DNA of 61,956 nucleotides, filler included. It is 20 parts of 20 records of this genome, joined end to end, with 100 filler letters (N's around TTAATTAATTAA, not from the genome) between each part and the next. Parts side by side here need not be neighbours in the genome. Positions count along the whole stretch, not along the records: positions 22,136 to 30,259 come from SRR16133337_72807; positions 30,360 to 35,708 come from SRR16133337_72844; 18 more parts are not named here. One strand, given 5' to 3'. Positions within the stretch are counted from its first letter, which is position 1. Each line of letters starts with the position of its first letter. The notes below the pieces were generated by a model. The model saw nothing but the letters and a program-made list of their open reading frames with translations. It did no database searches and had not been told where the DNA came from. Shown here piece by piece: positions 22,954-32,373 of the stretch. The position numbers and the translations under genes are program-made.

Positions 22954-24309
22954 TTAGTTAAAGTGAGGACTTGTAAATTCTAGTTTTTTCAATCCTTCTT
23001 GTATATCTGTTGCTGTCATAAAGGTGTTCCAAAGTAATTGGGATCTGTAATTTTCTATCATAATTATAAGGGGACCTTGATCGATTGCTAAATAACTATC
23101 GGCAACCCAATTTAAAGAATCGTTATAGGCATCGTAAAAACCGTAAGGACCCCACAAATCTTCTTTTCGGTTTTCATACAAGTTTCTAAGGACTTTCATA
23201 GATTCTTCTGGAGTGTATGGAAAGGATGAAAGTGCCGCCGTAGGGCTAATCGTTCCGTTATCCTGAGTAGGACTGTGTACTGCGTATCCTTCTTTTTCAT
23301 CACTGGCCGTCAATCCCCATGAGTCTATTCCATAACCTTCCCAATCGGCAGTGTTGGCAATACAATACTCTCTGTTGATTAAAGTATGTGCTACATTTTG
23401 ATTCCAATAATTCGCATAGCGATCCTCCAATCCTGTTGGGTCTAGTCCCAAAAAGGAATAATGACTGAAAAATAGAGGCCCTCCATAATGAACTCCCAAA
23501 GGCAATACTAAGTTTTCATAATAAGTTTGTCCATTTACAATACTTCCATTTTTAGCCCAACCGCTATGGTATATGGAAGCATTTATTGGATGGGTTTCTG
23601 AAGCTACAGCTAATACATAGGTTATTAAGGCTTCATTATATCCTGTCAAAGCATGGTTCTTTTCAAATCCGAAATTCGGAGACCAATGCCAGGTAATATA
23701 TTTCGTACGGGGTTGTACATACCAATCCCATTCTACCGCATCCCATAGTGTTTTAATTTTAGTTCTTAATGAATTTTCATCAGTTGTATTCAGTTTAAAA
23801 TATTGACGTGCTGTTAGCAATGCTTGTATCATAAAAGAAGTTTCTACAATATCTCCACCGTCATCTTTTGTAGTAAAGGGTTTTGTAGTTCCTGAACTTG
23901 CAAAATACCAATGTGGAAAAGCACCATGAAAGCGATCACTAGCTAATAAAAAATCACAAATTTTGTGGACTCTTTCTAAGGCTTGTTCTCTAGTTATAAA
24001 ATTTCTTTCAACACCTACAATAATTGCCATAACCCCAAATCCAGAGCCTCCAGAGGTAACAACTGTTGGGTCACTGGCTCTTTCCAATGCCATTCCCGAA
24101 TTGGGAGCTGCTTTGTTCCAAAAATATTTAAAGGTTTGTTCTTGTACAAGATCTAACAATTCCTCGTCAGTAAGACTTGTAGGAGTAGTCTCTCCATCAT
24201 CGTTATCATCATCATTTTCAATGATTACTGGTGGGATTCCTTCGTTTGGAGCACAAGAGTTTAAAGTCATTGCGAGTACTATGAAAAAAAATAAATTTCT
24301 TAATCTCAT
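22954..24309 (-). CDS. GH144 (glycoamylase-family) endo-beta-1,2-glucanase-like lipoprotein
   Basis: QTFKYFW, TSGGSGFGVMAI, DRFHGAFPHW, DDGGDIVETSF, GYNEALITY, GGPLFFSHYSFLGLDP, WGLTASD, YLAIDQGP. Confidence 0.88.
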   Translation of the reverse strand: MRLRNLFFFIVLAMTLNSCAPNEGIPPVIIENDDDNDDGETTPTSLTDEELLDLVQEQTFKYFWNKAAPNSGMALERASDPTVVTSGGSGFGVMAIIVGVERNFITREQALERVHKICDFLLASDRFHGAFPHWYFASSGTTKPFTTKDDGGDIVETSFMIQALLTARQYFKLNTTDENSLRTKIKTLWDAVEWDWYVQPRTKYITWHWSPNFGFEKNHALTGYNEALITYVLAVASETHPINASIYHSGWAKNGSIVNGQTYYENLVLPLGVHYGGPLFFSHYSFLGLDPTGLEDRYANYWNQNVAHTLINREYCIANTADWEGYGIDSWGLTASDEKEGYAVHSPTQDNGTISPTAALSSFPYTPEESMKVLRNLYENRKEDLWGPYGFYDAYNDSLNWVADSYLAIDQGPLIIMIENYRSQLLWNTFMTATDIQEGLKKLEFTSPHFN

Positions 24310-24323
24310 TATTTTCGTTGTTA

Positions 24324-24354
24324 TTTTAAGGAGGCATTTAAACCTTCCTTAAAA
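24324..24354 (-). terminator. Intercistronic stem-loop between susD and GH144
   Basis: ttttaagga...tccttaaaa inverted repeat. Confidence 0.45.
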
Positions 24355-24413
24355 ATTGATAACTATTGTTCGTGGAAATCGAGTTTTCTGATATTCAAGA
24401 ACTAGGGTATCTT

Positions 24414-25871
24414 TTACCAGTTTGGGTTTTGAGTTAGCAACCCACCGCTTGCTGTAATTTGAGCCAAAGGTATTGGGAACAATTCGTGTTTTCCGTCCAC
24501 GAACTCTTTTCCGTGAGTACGTAGTACTTCTCCCGCTCTTCCTTGTCGTATAAGATCAAACCAACGATCATGCTCCATGGCGAGTTCTAATCTGCGTTCC
24601 TTCCAAATGGCAGTTCTTAAATCGCTTTGCGAACTAGCCGTTGTATTTGCTAAACCTGCTCTGTTTCTTACTAAGTTTAAAGAAGTTGTAGCATCTTGCC
24701 CTATTTCATTGGCGGTTTCTGCATGGATCAATAAGATGTCTGCATATCTTAAAATGCGAATGTTTTTATTGGAGTATTTATTGTCGGAAGACGTTTCTTG
24801 ACTTTTACTTACATATGCCTTGTAGTTGTATCTTGGGTTTGACAAAGTAGTTGGCACCAAAAAACCGTCCCATAGGGTTGTTCCAAGGGTAATGATCGCG
24901 GCATCTCTTCTAGAGTCTCCGCTTTCATAGGCGTTGTATAGATCTTCAGAAGGACTGTTGAAGCCCCAGCCCCAGCCACCAACTCCACGTCCACCTTGAA
25001 CAACCGTATAATTTTGAATTGCATCTGGTGATATACCGCCTCTAGCTTGAATTTCAAATAAAGATTCTTGATTGTTTTCTCCAATTTCTCTCCAAATATG
25101 GGAGTAATCAGGAGTCAAACTATAACCCATACCCATCACTTCTGTAGAATAATCATAGGCCTCTTGGTAATTTTCTAGATACAAGCTTACCTTTGCTAAA
25201 AAACCTAGGGCAGCTCCTTTTGTGGCTCTTCCCAAATCGTTCGTAGTATAGGATGTTGGAAGGTCTTCTGCAGCGTCTTTGAAATTCTGAAGGATAAAAT
25301 TATAGATCTCTCCTTGGGTGGCTCTTGTATTTACCATCGTTTTGTCTTCTTCACTTGTTGGATTCGGAACCCTATCAATCAAAGGAACGCCTCCAAACAT
25401 TCTGACCAATCGAAAATAAAAATAGCCTCGTAAAAATTTTGCTTCCGCTATTAGTCTTTTTCTTAAAGTTTCTTCAATATTTAACTCGGGTAAATACAAT
25501 AAGGCTTGATTTGCTCTTGAAATTCCTTGGAAAGTTTCTTCCCAGATTTCATTGATAGATAAGGTTGTTGAAGTAAATGTCAAAGCATCCATAAGGTCTT
25601 TGTCAGTTCCTGAATCCCCAATGTCACTTCCTTTGTCTGCGTTGTCTGTGGTGATACTGCTTAGCCCAATCCAAGAAAAGCTATGAAAACCCCATTCTTG
25701 GGTCTGATCATAGATGGCATTCACCAATTCAGGAGCTGCCTCTTGCGTAGAGAATTGTTCTTTGGGTAATAGATTTACATTATCAACATCCAAAAAAGAA
25801 GTATCATCGCAAGAAAGAAGACCTGTGGATACGATTGCCAAAATGATAACAATCTTGATATTTTTTTTCAT
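24414..25871 (-). CDS. susD: RagB/SusD family nutrient-uptake lipoprotein
   Basis: Lipobox LLSC, EAKFLRGYFYFRL, GRATKGAA, RYADILLIHAE, ERRLELAME, RWFDL, QNPNW; start MKKNIK. Confidence 0.95.
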   Translation of the reverse strand: MKKNIKIVIILAIVSTGLLSCDDTSFLDVDNVNLLPKEQFSTQEAAPELVNAIYDQTQEWGFHSFSWIGLSSITTDNADKGSDIGDSGTDKDLMDALTFTSTTLSINEIWEETFQGISRANQALLYLPELNIEETLRKRLIAEAKFLRGYFYFRLVRMFGGVPLIDRVPNPTSEEDKTMVNTRATQGEIYNFILQNFKDAAEDLPTSYTTNDLGRATKGAALGFLAKVSLYLENYQEAYDYSTEVMGMGYSLTPDYSHIWREIGENNQESLFEIQARGGISPDAIQNYTVVQGGRGVGGWGWGFNSPSEDLYNAYESGDSRRDAAIITLGTTLWDGFLVPTTLSNPRYNYKAYVSKSQETSSDNKYSNKNIRILRYADILLIHAETANEIGQDATTSLNLVRNRAGLANTTASSQSDLRTAIWKERRLELAMEHDRWFDLIRQGRAGEVLRTHGKEFVDGKHELFPIPLAQITASGGLLTQNPNW

Positions 25872-25881
25872 GACCTTGTTC

Positions 25882-28800
25882 TTAAAAATTAACATTAATT
25901 CCAATTAAATAGGAGGAAACGGTAGGGTGTAACTTCATCTCTACACCTTGGAGACCCATGGGATCCCCATCAGCAGGTAGCTCAGGAGTATAGCCTGAAT
26001 AACTCGTGAAAGTAAATGGATTCTGTGCCGTTGCATAAATTCTCAATTTGCGAACTCCATTGATTATTTTAGAGAGTGTGTATCCCAAAGTGATATTGTT
26101 GATCCTTAAATAATCACCGTTTTCTAAATAGTAGGTAGAGGCTTTTGGAATGGTATTTTCTGCAACAGGATTGGTATTGTATGGGTTTGTTGCGTCAAAA
26201 CTAAAATTTACCACTCTTTGTTCTATGTTTTCTCCAGCCCAACGGACTGCTTTTTTACCGTTGTAAATTTGACTTCCTAGGTTTCCATAGGTAGCGATTT
26301 CAAAGTCAAACCCTTTCCATACAAATCCGGTATTGAAACCAAAAAATACATCGGGTGTATAGGAACCAAAAAACTGCTTGTCATTTTCATCGAGATCTCC
26401 ATCTTTATTTACATCTTTGTATACAGGAACTCCGTTAGAATCAAAACCAATATTTTCATACAAAAAGAAACTTCCCAACTCCTCTCCTTCTTGAAGAGAC
26501 TTTACGTTTTCACCGTTCCCTAAATTACCTCCTATAAGTCCTTCTACATCAGGATTTGTTAGTTCTTCTAATTTATTTTTGTTAAAAGAGGCGTTTCCAG
26601 AAATATGATATTTAAAAGTTTCTCCGAGGCTGTCTTCCCAATTTAATGCAATTTCTATCCCTTGATTTTTAACTTTTCCAGCATGTACGTATGGGGCAAT
26701 CTCAGAACCCCAAGCGTCAGGAAGTGCAATTTTCAAAATGGTATTTGTATTGAGTCTGTTGTAATAATCAAATTCTCCAGAGAACTTGTTGTCGAACATT
26801 CTAAATTCAAATCCAAGATCCAGTTCTTGGGTTATTTCCCAACCTAAATCAAGGTCAATGATATCCGTAATGGTGGCTCCTGATTGTGAGGATTGATCAG
26901 CTGTCCCAAACGGATAGGTCAAACCCGTATTTATAGAGACGGCATTTAAGGGAACATTTTGATTTCCTAATTCCCCCCAACTTCCTCTAATTTTTAAGAA
27001 ATTAAAGAGTTCTGTATACTTCTTTAAAAAGCTTTCTTCAGAAACCACCCATCCCAATCCTATGGATGGAAAATAGCCCCAGTTTTGAGTTTTGTTATTA
27101 AAGACACTTGACCCCTCTTTTCTCAGGGTTGCGGTTAGTAAGTATTTGTCTAAATATTTATAATGAGTTCTTGTGAAATAGGAACGAAGTGCTATTTCTT
27201 GTTTACTTTTTCCATCTGAAAGTTGTACTTCGCTATCGGTACTACTTCCCAAGGTTCTTAGATGCGTAGCTACGGTTTCTACATCATATCTTGTGGCAGA
27301 AATCTTCTGATAATTGCTATTTATTCTTTCAGAAGTACTCCCAAGTACAACGGTAAGATGCTGTTGGTTATTGAATTCTTTTTCAAAGGTAAAGTAGCCA
27401 TTCCACATCCAATCGTATACTTTTGTATCTTCCATTTTTAAGGTATTTAAAGGAACGTGATTGCCACCAGCCTTGCCTAGTTCAGTATAATATGCTTCGA
27501 TATCTATAGCTTTGGTTGGATCGGCATTGTACCAGTCTTCAAAGTTGTTTGTAAATGTTGTTTTGCCAGAAGTCCTATAGTGAATTCCAAAATCGGTATT
27601 GAATTTTAAATAATCTGTAAATTGATACGCACCGTTTATGTTTGCTTTGATACGAAATGCTTTGTCTAAGACATCAGAAGCTTCTAAAGTTGCTACAGGG
27701 TTTCCCACATTGTTGTAACGCCCGTCATCGTCAATAGGTTTTCCATATCGTCCCGTATATGCTCCACTAGTATAGCGAACAGGGACCAAAGGGGATTGTC
27801 TGTAAGCATCCGTAAACACACCATTGTTAGGAGCTTTAAATTGAATGATGGAAGCCGCTATATTGTGGTTTATTTTAAATTTGTCAAAAAATTTGTAGGA
27901 TGCTTTGCTCCTTAAATTGACTCTGTTGTAAAAGGAGTGTATTTGAGTTCCTTCTTCATGATGGTAATTGGCACTGAAAAAAGAATTTACTTTTTTACTG
28001 CCTGAACTCACAGAGATATTATGGCTTTCTACAGTTCCCATTTGCGTAATTTCATCAAACCAATCGGTATCGTATTCTTGGGTTGTAGAAAAACGGTTGT
28101 ACTTGTAAGCAATATTGTTGTAGTAGGCAAAAGAAGAGGCATCTGCCATATTTACAATATTGGAAATTTCTTTGATTCCGTAATAAGAGGAAACCTCCAT
28201 TTTTGTTTTTCCTTCTTTACCAGATTTTGTAGTTATTAGAATGACTCCATTGGCTCCTCTATTTCCAAAAACGGCTAAGGAGGAGGCATCTTTTAAAATG
28301 TCAATAGATAAGATATCTTCGCTATTTACATTATTGGCATCCTCAGCGGTGATTCCGTCAATCACATACAAAGGGTTTCTTCCTCCTAAAATAGTACCAA
28401 CGCCTCTTATAACAACTGTTGAACTAGAACCTGGTTGTCCAGAACTTGAAATTTGCACTCCTGCAGCTTTTCCTTGTAGAGAATGCATGGGGGTAACACT
28501 GGGATGTTTGGTAAGTTCTTTTGCTTTGATACTTGAAACAGCACCTGTTAAATCTTTTTTAGTTGAGTTTCCATACCCTACAACCACGATTTCTTCAAGA
28601 GTATTTATTACATCCTCTCTTAGAGCAATCAAATAATTACTTTTATTGGTAATCGTAATTTTTTGGTCTAAGAACCCTATATAACTCACGACTAATACGT
28701 CACCAACATGGGTTTGTAAAGAAAAGTTACCATCAAAATCTGTTTGTATCCCTATCTGTGTTCCTTTAATAAGTACCGTAGCACCTGCTAAAGGAATCTT

Positions 28801-28896
28801 ATCAGCTGAACTAACAGTTCCTGTGATCGTTTGCTGAGCTCCTAAATTTTGCCCGAGTAAAGAACAAAAAATAAGGAAGAGAAGTTTTATTTTCAT
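25882..28896 (-). CDS. susC: SusC/RagA TonB-dependent outer-membrane transporter
   Basis: TDFDGNF, EEIVVVGYG, PLYVIDG, LKDASS..FGNRGANGVILITTK, C-terminal GINVNF. Confidence 0.97.
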   Translation of the reverse strand: MKIKLLFLIFCSLLGQNLGAQQTITGTVSSADKIPLAGATVLIKGTQIGIQTDFDGNFSLQTHVGDVLVVSYIGFLDQKITITNKSNYLIALREDVINTLEEIVVVGYGNSTKKDLTGAVSSIKAKELTKHPSVTPMHSLQGKAAGVQISSSGQPGSSSTVVIRGVGTILGGRNPLYVIDGITAEDANNVNSEDILSIDILKDASSLAVFGNRGANGVILITTKSGKEGKTKMEVSSYYGIKEISNIVNMADASSFAYYNNIAYKYNRFSTTQEYDTDWFDEITQMGTVESHNISVSSGSKKVNSFFSANYHHEEGTQIHSFYNRVNLRSKASYKFFDKFKINHNIAASIIQFKAPNNGVFTDAYRQSPLVPVRYTSGAYTGRYGKPIDDDGRYNNVGNPVATLEASDVLDKAFRIKANINGAYQFTDYLKFNTDFGIHYRTSGKTTFTNNFEDWYNADPTKAIDIEAYYTELGKAGGNHVPLNTLKMEDTKVYDWMWNGYFTFEKEFNNQQHLTVVLGSTSERINSNYQKISATRYDVETVATHLRTLGSSTDSEVQLSDGKSKQEIALRSYFTRTHYKYLDKYLLTATLRKEGSSVFNNKTQNWGYFPSIGLGWVVSEESFLKKYTELFNFLKIRGSWGELGNQNVPLNAVSINTGLTYPFGTADQSSQSGATITDIIDLDLGWEITQELDLGFEFRMFDNKFSGEFDYYNRLNTNTILKIALPDAWGSEIAPYVHAGKVKNQGIEIALNWEDSLGETFKYHISGNASFNKNKLEELTNPDVEGLIGGNLGNGENVKSLQEGEELGSFFLYENIGFDSNGVPVYKDVNKDGDLDENDKQFFGSYTPDVFFGFNTGFVWKGFDFEIATYGNLGSQIYNGKKAVRWAGENIEQRVVNFSFDATNPYNTNPVAENTIPKASTYYLENGDYLRINNITLGYTLSKIINGVRKLRIYATAQNPFTFTSYSGYTPELPADGDPMGLQGVEMKLHPTVSSYLIGINVNF

Positions 28897-29028
28897 GGTT
28901 AAAGTTTTTGACTCCTACGAAGTTAGCTCAAAATTTTATTGGTTGTATATACATTTTTGACAGTTATAATATTAATATAATGATTAACAGCATTTTATAG
29001 GTTGTTTAAACTTAAAACTTTAACACTT

Positions 29029-29047
29029 TGATGTAGTAATGATGTAG
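29029..29047. promoter_or_regulatory. Candidate operator: direct repeat TGATGTAG-taa-TGATGTAG between regulator and susC
   Basis: Perfect 8-mer repeated with an 11-bp period about 135 nt upstream of susC. Confidence 0.5.
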
Positions 29048-29073
29048 CAAAAAATGGCTATTAGGCTTGTTTT

Positions 29074-30259
29074 TTAGGTTAAAAAAACATTCTTTTTATT
29101 AAAATCTAGTAGGAATTGTGTTAAATTGTTGTTAGGCGGAAGATTTATTTTTTTTCGAAGGCGGTATCTATGGAGTTCTACGCCTCTTGTTGAGATGCCC
29201 ATTAAGGGAGCAATTTCTTTAGAGGTAAACCCCGTTTTTATATAAGCACAGAGTCTTAGGTCTTTTGGGGTCAGCTTAGGATACGTAAGTACTAGGTTTT
29301 TGAAAAAATGTTGATTCAATTCATTAAATCGAGATTCAAATATTTTCCAATCGCGATCATTATTCATGTGTTTTTGAGAAGAGCCAAGAACTCTATGGGT
29401 TCGTATTTGGTTGGGGGAGTATTCGGTTAACTTTTTCAATTCGTTACTCAAGCTAATAATCAATTCATTTTTTTTAATAATTGAATTTGTAGAGTTTGAC
29501 AGTTCTTGCTTTTTATGGTTGATTTTTTTGTTTAAAATCTCTTTTTCTAGTTGGTTGATTTTTTTTCTGGTTTCTTGAATGTTTTTCTTTTGGATTTTGA
29601 TGTTTTGTTTTCGAATTTTAATTTTATGGGCTTTATCAATGGTGAAAATTGTGATGATAAAGAGCAATAGATAAACTATTTTCATTGGAATAGAAAGATA
29701 CCAGGGGGGTAAAATTTTTAGCTGAAGGGTTCTCAAAGATTTTTTATCTTGGGGGTCTGTTTGGAAAGAGAGTTTGTAATTTCCAAAGGGTAAGTTTTGA
29801 AAACTCAATTTTCCATTTTCAAAAGTATTTTTTTGTGCTACTTTTCCGGTAAGTGTATAGCTAAGGTGATTTGCATATGTTTTGGGGGTATAGAGCTCAA
29901 AAGTTAAAAACGCAGCCTCTCTAAAGGGAATTTTTAAAATAGCGTTTCCCGTTGAATACTGGTTTTTTTGAGAATAAATTTTATCAATAATTGGAGGGGG
30001 AAATGCTCTTTTCTTTTTCAATTCTTTAAGGTTAAAAACAGCAAAACCGTCGTTTAAGTTTAAAAGGCATATGGAGTCGTTTTTGTAGATGATTTTTTCA
30101 TATTCTGCAACGGATCTTTTTTTGATTTCGGGACTATTTATTTGGAATACTTCTTCCAATGGATCCTTAAAATACAGAAGGGTATTTGTATTTTTTCTAT
30201 CTACAAACCAGTTTTTTGTGGTTTCAGAGCTGACGGGAGCTTTGTGTTTTAAATTTTGT
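29074..30259 (-). CDS. Membrane-spanning PUL regulator (Y_Y_Y-like periplasmic domain, one TM, C-terminal LuxR HTH), 5' truncated
   Basis: FQNLPFGNY, ILPPWYLS plus TM, LTPKDLRLCAYIK..SKEIAPLMGISTRGVELHRYRLRKK. Confidence 0.92.
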
Positions 30260-30359
30260 NNNNNNNNNNNNNNNNNNNNNNNNNNNNNNNNNNNNNNNNN
30301 NNNTTAATTAATTAANNNNNNNNNNNNNNNNNNNNNNNNNNNNNNNNNNNNNNNNNNNN

Positions 30360-30470
30360 TTAGAAATCCGAAAATTTTAGGCTTGCTATTTTTATTGGGA
30401 ACCCTTCGACAGGCTCAGGGCAAGCTCCTTCAACAAACTTGTCCTGAGCTCGTTGAAGGACTCAAGGCAG
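30360..30470. repeat. Flavobacterial intergenic composite repeat, copy C, with nested CTTCGACAGGCTCAG-type palindromes
   Basis: acccttcgacaggctcagggc followed by tccttcaac...gttgaagga. Confidence 0.75.
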
Positions 30471-30538
30471 GCGAACAGATAACAAGACTGCATGACAATA
30501 GTCGAAGGTCAAAAGGCAACGTTATTTAGGCATTGACA

Positions 30539-30563
30539 ACGAGATACGAGATACAAAATACCA
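30539..30563 (+). repeat. Heptamer tandem repeat ACGAGAT upstream of four-helix-bundle gene
   Basis: acgagat acgagat acaaaat acca. Confidence 0.75.
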
Positions 30564-30697
30564 ACTAGCAGTGGGCAAAAGTGTGAAAAAAAAAGACGAT
30601 AAGATTGCTTCACCGTATTACCGTTTTACGGCATTACTGTTTCACCATTTACAAGACAGATAAGGCAATATCTTATGAAAAAGAAAACAATAAGGGC

Positions 30698-31051
30698 ATG
30701 CATGATTTTAAAGAATTAAATATTTGGGTAGAAGCTAAGAATTTTAGTATTTCTATTTATAAAATGACACGATCTTTCCCCAAATCAGAAACATATGGAA
30801 TCGTCTCTCAAATGAATCGAGCAGCAGTTTCTATTCCCTCTAATATAGCTGAAGGAGCAGGAAGAAATAGTGATAAGGATTTTTCGAGATTTATACAGAT
30901 GGCATTAAGCTCCTCTTTTGAATTGGAAACTCAATTGATTATTGTTTTTGAATTGGGGATGATTGAGAAAAATATTTTTATAGATTACAAAGAGAGATTA
31001 GATAAAATTCAAAGAATGTTGGTAAACTTTAACAAACATTTAAATAAGTAA
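30698..31051 (+). CDS. Four helix bundle protein (23S rRNA-IVP / bAvd-like family)
   Basis: MHDFKELNIW...FPKSETYGIVSQMNRAAVSIPSNIAEG...ELETQL; ATG at 30698. Confidence 0.95.
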   Translation: MHDFKELNIWVEAKNFSISIYKMTRSFPKSETYGIVSQMNRAAVSIPSNIAEGAGRNSDKDFSRFIQMALSSSFELETQLIIVFELGMIEKNIFIDYKERLDKIQRMLVNFNKHLNK

Positions 31052-31076
31052 ATCTCAAAACGAAGTTTTGAAATCC

Positions 31077-31106
31077 ACCAAATACGAGATACGAGATACG
31101 AAATAC
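31077..31106 (+). repeat. Heptamer tandem repeat ACGAGAT downstream of four-helix-bundle gene
   Basis: accaaat acgagat acgagat acgaaat ac, ending 7 nt before the hemF ATG. Confidence 0.75.
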
Positions 31107-31113
31107 TTAAAAC

Positions 31114-32025
31114 ATGAAACAACAATTTTACACATACATACAACAACTTCAAAATACGATTACTTCTAAACTAGAAGAAATAGATGGAGAAGCAAAATTT
31201 GTAGAAGACCTTTGGGATCGAGTTGAAGGGGGAGGAGGACGCACACGTGTGATTACTAACGGAGCCGTTTTTGAAAAAGGAGGTGTCAATATTTCAGCAG
31301 TAGAAGGAGAGTTGCCACAGGTTTTGCGAGACAATTTTGGGGTGAAAGAAGGAAACTTTTTTGCCTGTGGATTGTCATTAGTCTTGCATCCTAAAAACCC
31401 AAAAGTACCAACAGTACATGCAAATTGGCGTTATTTTGAAATGTATGATGAAAAAGGGCATATCGTTACTCAATGGTTTGGAGGAGGGCAAGATTTAACA
31501 CCTTATTACTTGTTTGATGAAGATGCTCTTCATTTTCATACCGTATGTAAAAAAGCGTGTGACAGACATCATCCCGATTTTTATCCAACGTACAAAAAAC
31601 ATTGTGATGCTTATTTTTGGAATGCACATCGAAACGAAGCACGTGGAATTGGAGGTTTGTTTTTCGATTATTTAAAAGAAACAGCCTCTTTTACACTTCA
31701 AGATCGATACCGTTTTGTTACCGAAATAGGAAACAGTTTTTTAGAAAGTTATCTACCGATTGTTGAAAAAAGAAAGAATTTACCCTATTCTTCAGAAGAA
31801 AGAATCTGGCAAGAAATACGAAGAGGACGTTACGTAGAATTTAATCTGGTGCATGACAAAGGAACTTTATTTGGTTTAAAAACAAAGGGACGTATTGAAA
31901 GTATCTTAATGAGTTTACCGCCCGTCGTACAATGGCATTATGATCATCATCCAGAAAAAGGAAGTGAAGAAGCTCGATTGATTCAAGTTTTAAAAAACCC
32001 TAAAAATTGGCTAGATCTGTCATAA
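31114..32025 (+). CDS. hemF: Oxygen-dependent coproporphyrinogen III oxidase
   Basis: GGGGRTRV, FEKGGVN, PTVHANWRYF, WFGGGQDLTP, RGRYVEFNLVHDKGTLFGL. Confidence 0.98.
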   Translation: MKQQFYTYIQQLQNTITSKLEEIDGEAKFVEDLWDRVEGGGGRTRVITNGAVFEKGGVNISAVEGELPQVLRDNFGVKEGNFFACGLSLVLHPKNPKVPTVHANWRYFEMYDEKGHIVTQWFGGGQDLTPYYLFDEDALHFHTVCKKACDRHHPDFYPTYKKHCDAYFWNAHRNEARGIGGLFFDYLKETASFTLQDRYRFVTEIGNSFLESYLPIVEKRKNLPYSSEERIWQEIRRGRYVEFNLVHDKGTLFGLKTKGRIESILMSLPPVVQWHYDHHPEKGSEEARLIQVLKNPKNWLDLS

Positions 32026-32373
32026 ACCTAATTAAAAATACAAAGATTTCTCAAACGCTTTTTCAAAACTTATTTTGAAATGATACATGAGTTTTTCTCA
32101 TTTGTCGATTAACCTAGGCTTTGCTGATTTATGGAAAGTCTATTATACAAATTAACTTTCCTCTATTCGTATATCAATAGGATCTTTAGTTGTGAAATAT
32201 CCACTGCCGATACCTATAGAAGTAGGAGTTCCCATCCGTACGAAAAAATGTTGGTTACTGCAATACCGAGAAAGTGGTATCAATTTACAAACGGTACTTG
32301 TTGGTTTATTGAAAAGGTAGACATTCAAGATACAAGCAGGGTTCGATCTATTAAAGGGTTGATTATTATATGC

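Noticed and set aside
30605-30697. N-terminal extension of the four-helix-bundle ORF
   Set aside because: It is read-through of the octamer repeat; family similarity starts at ATG 30698
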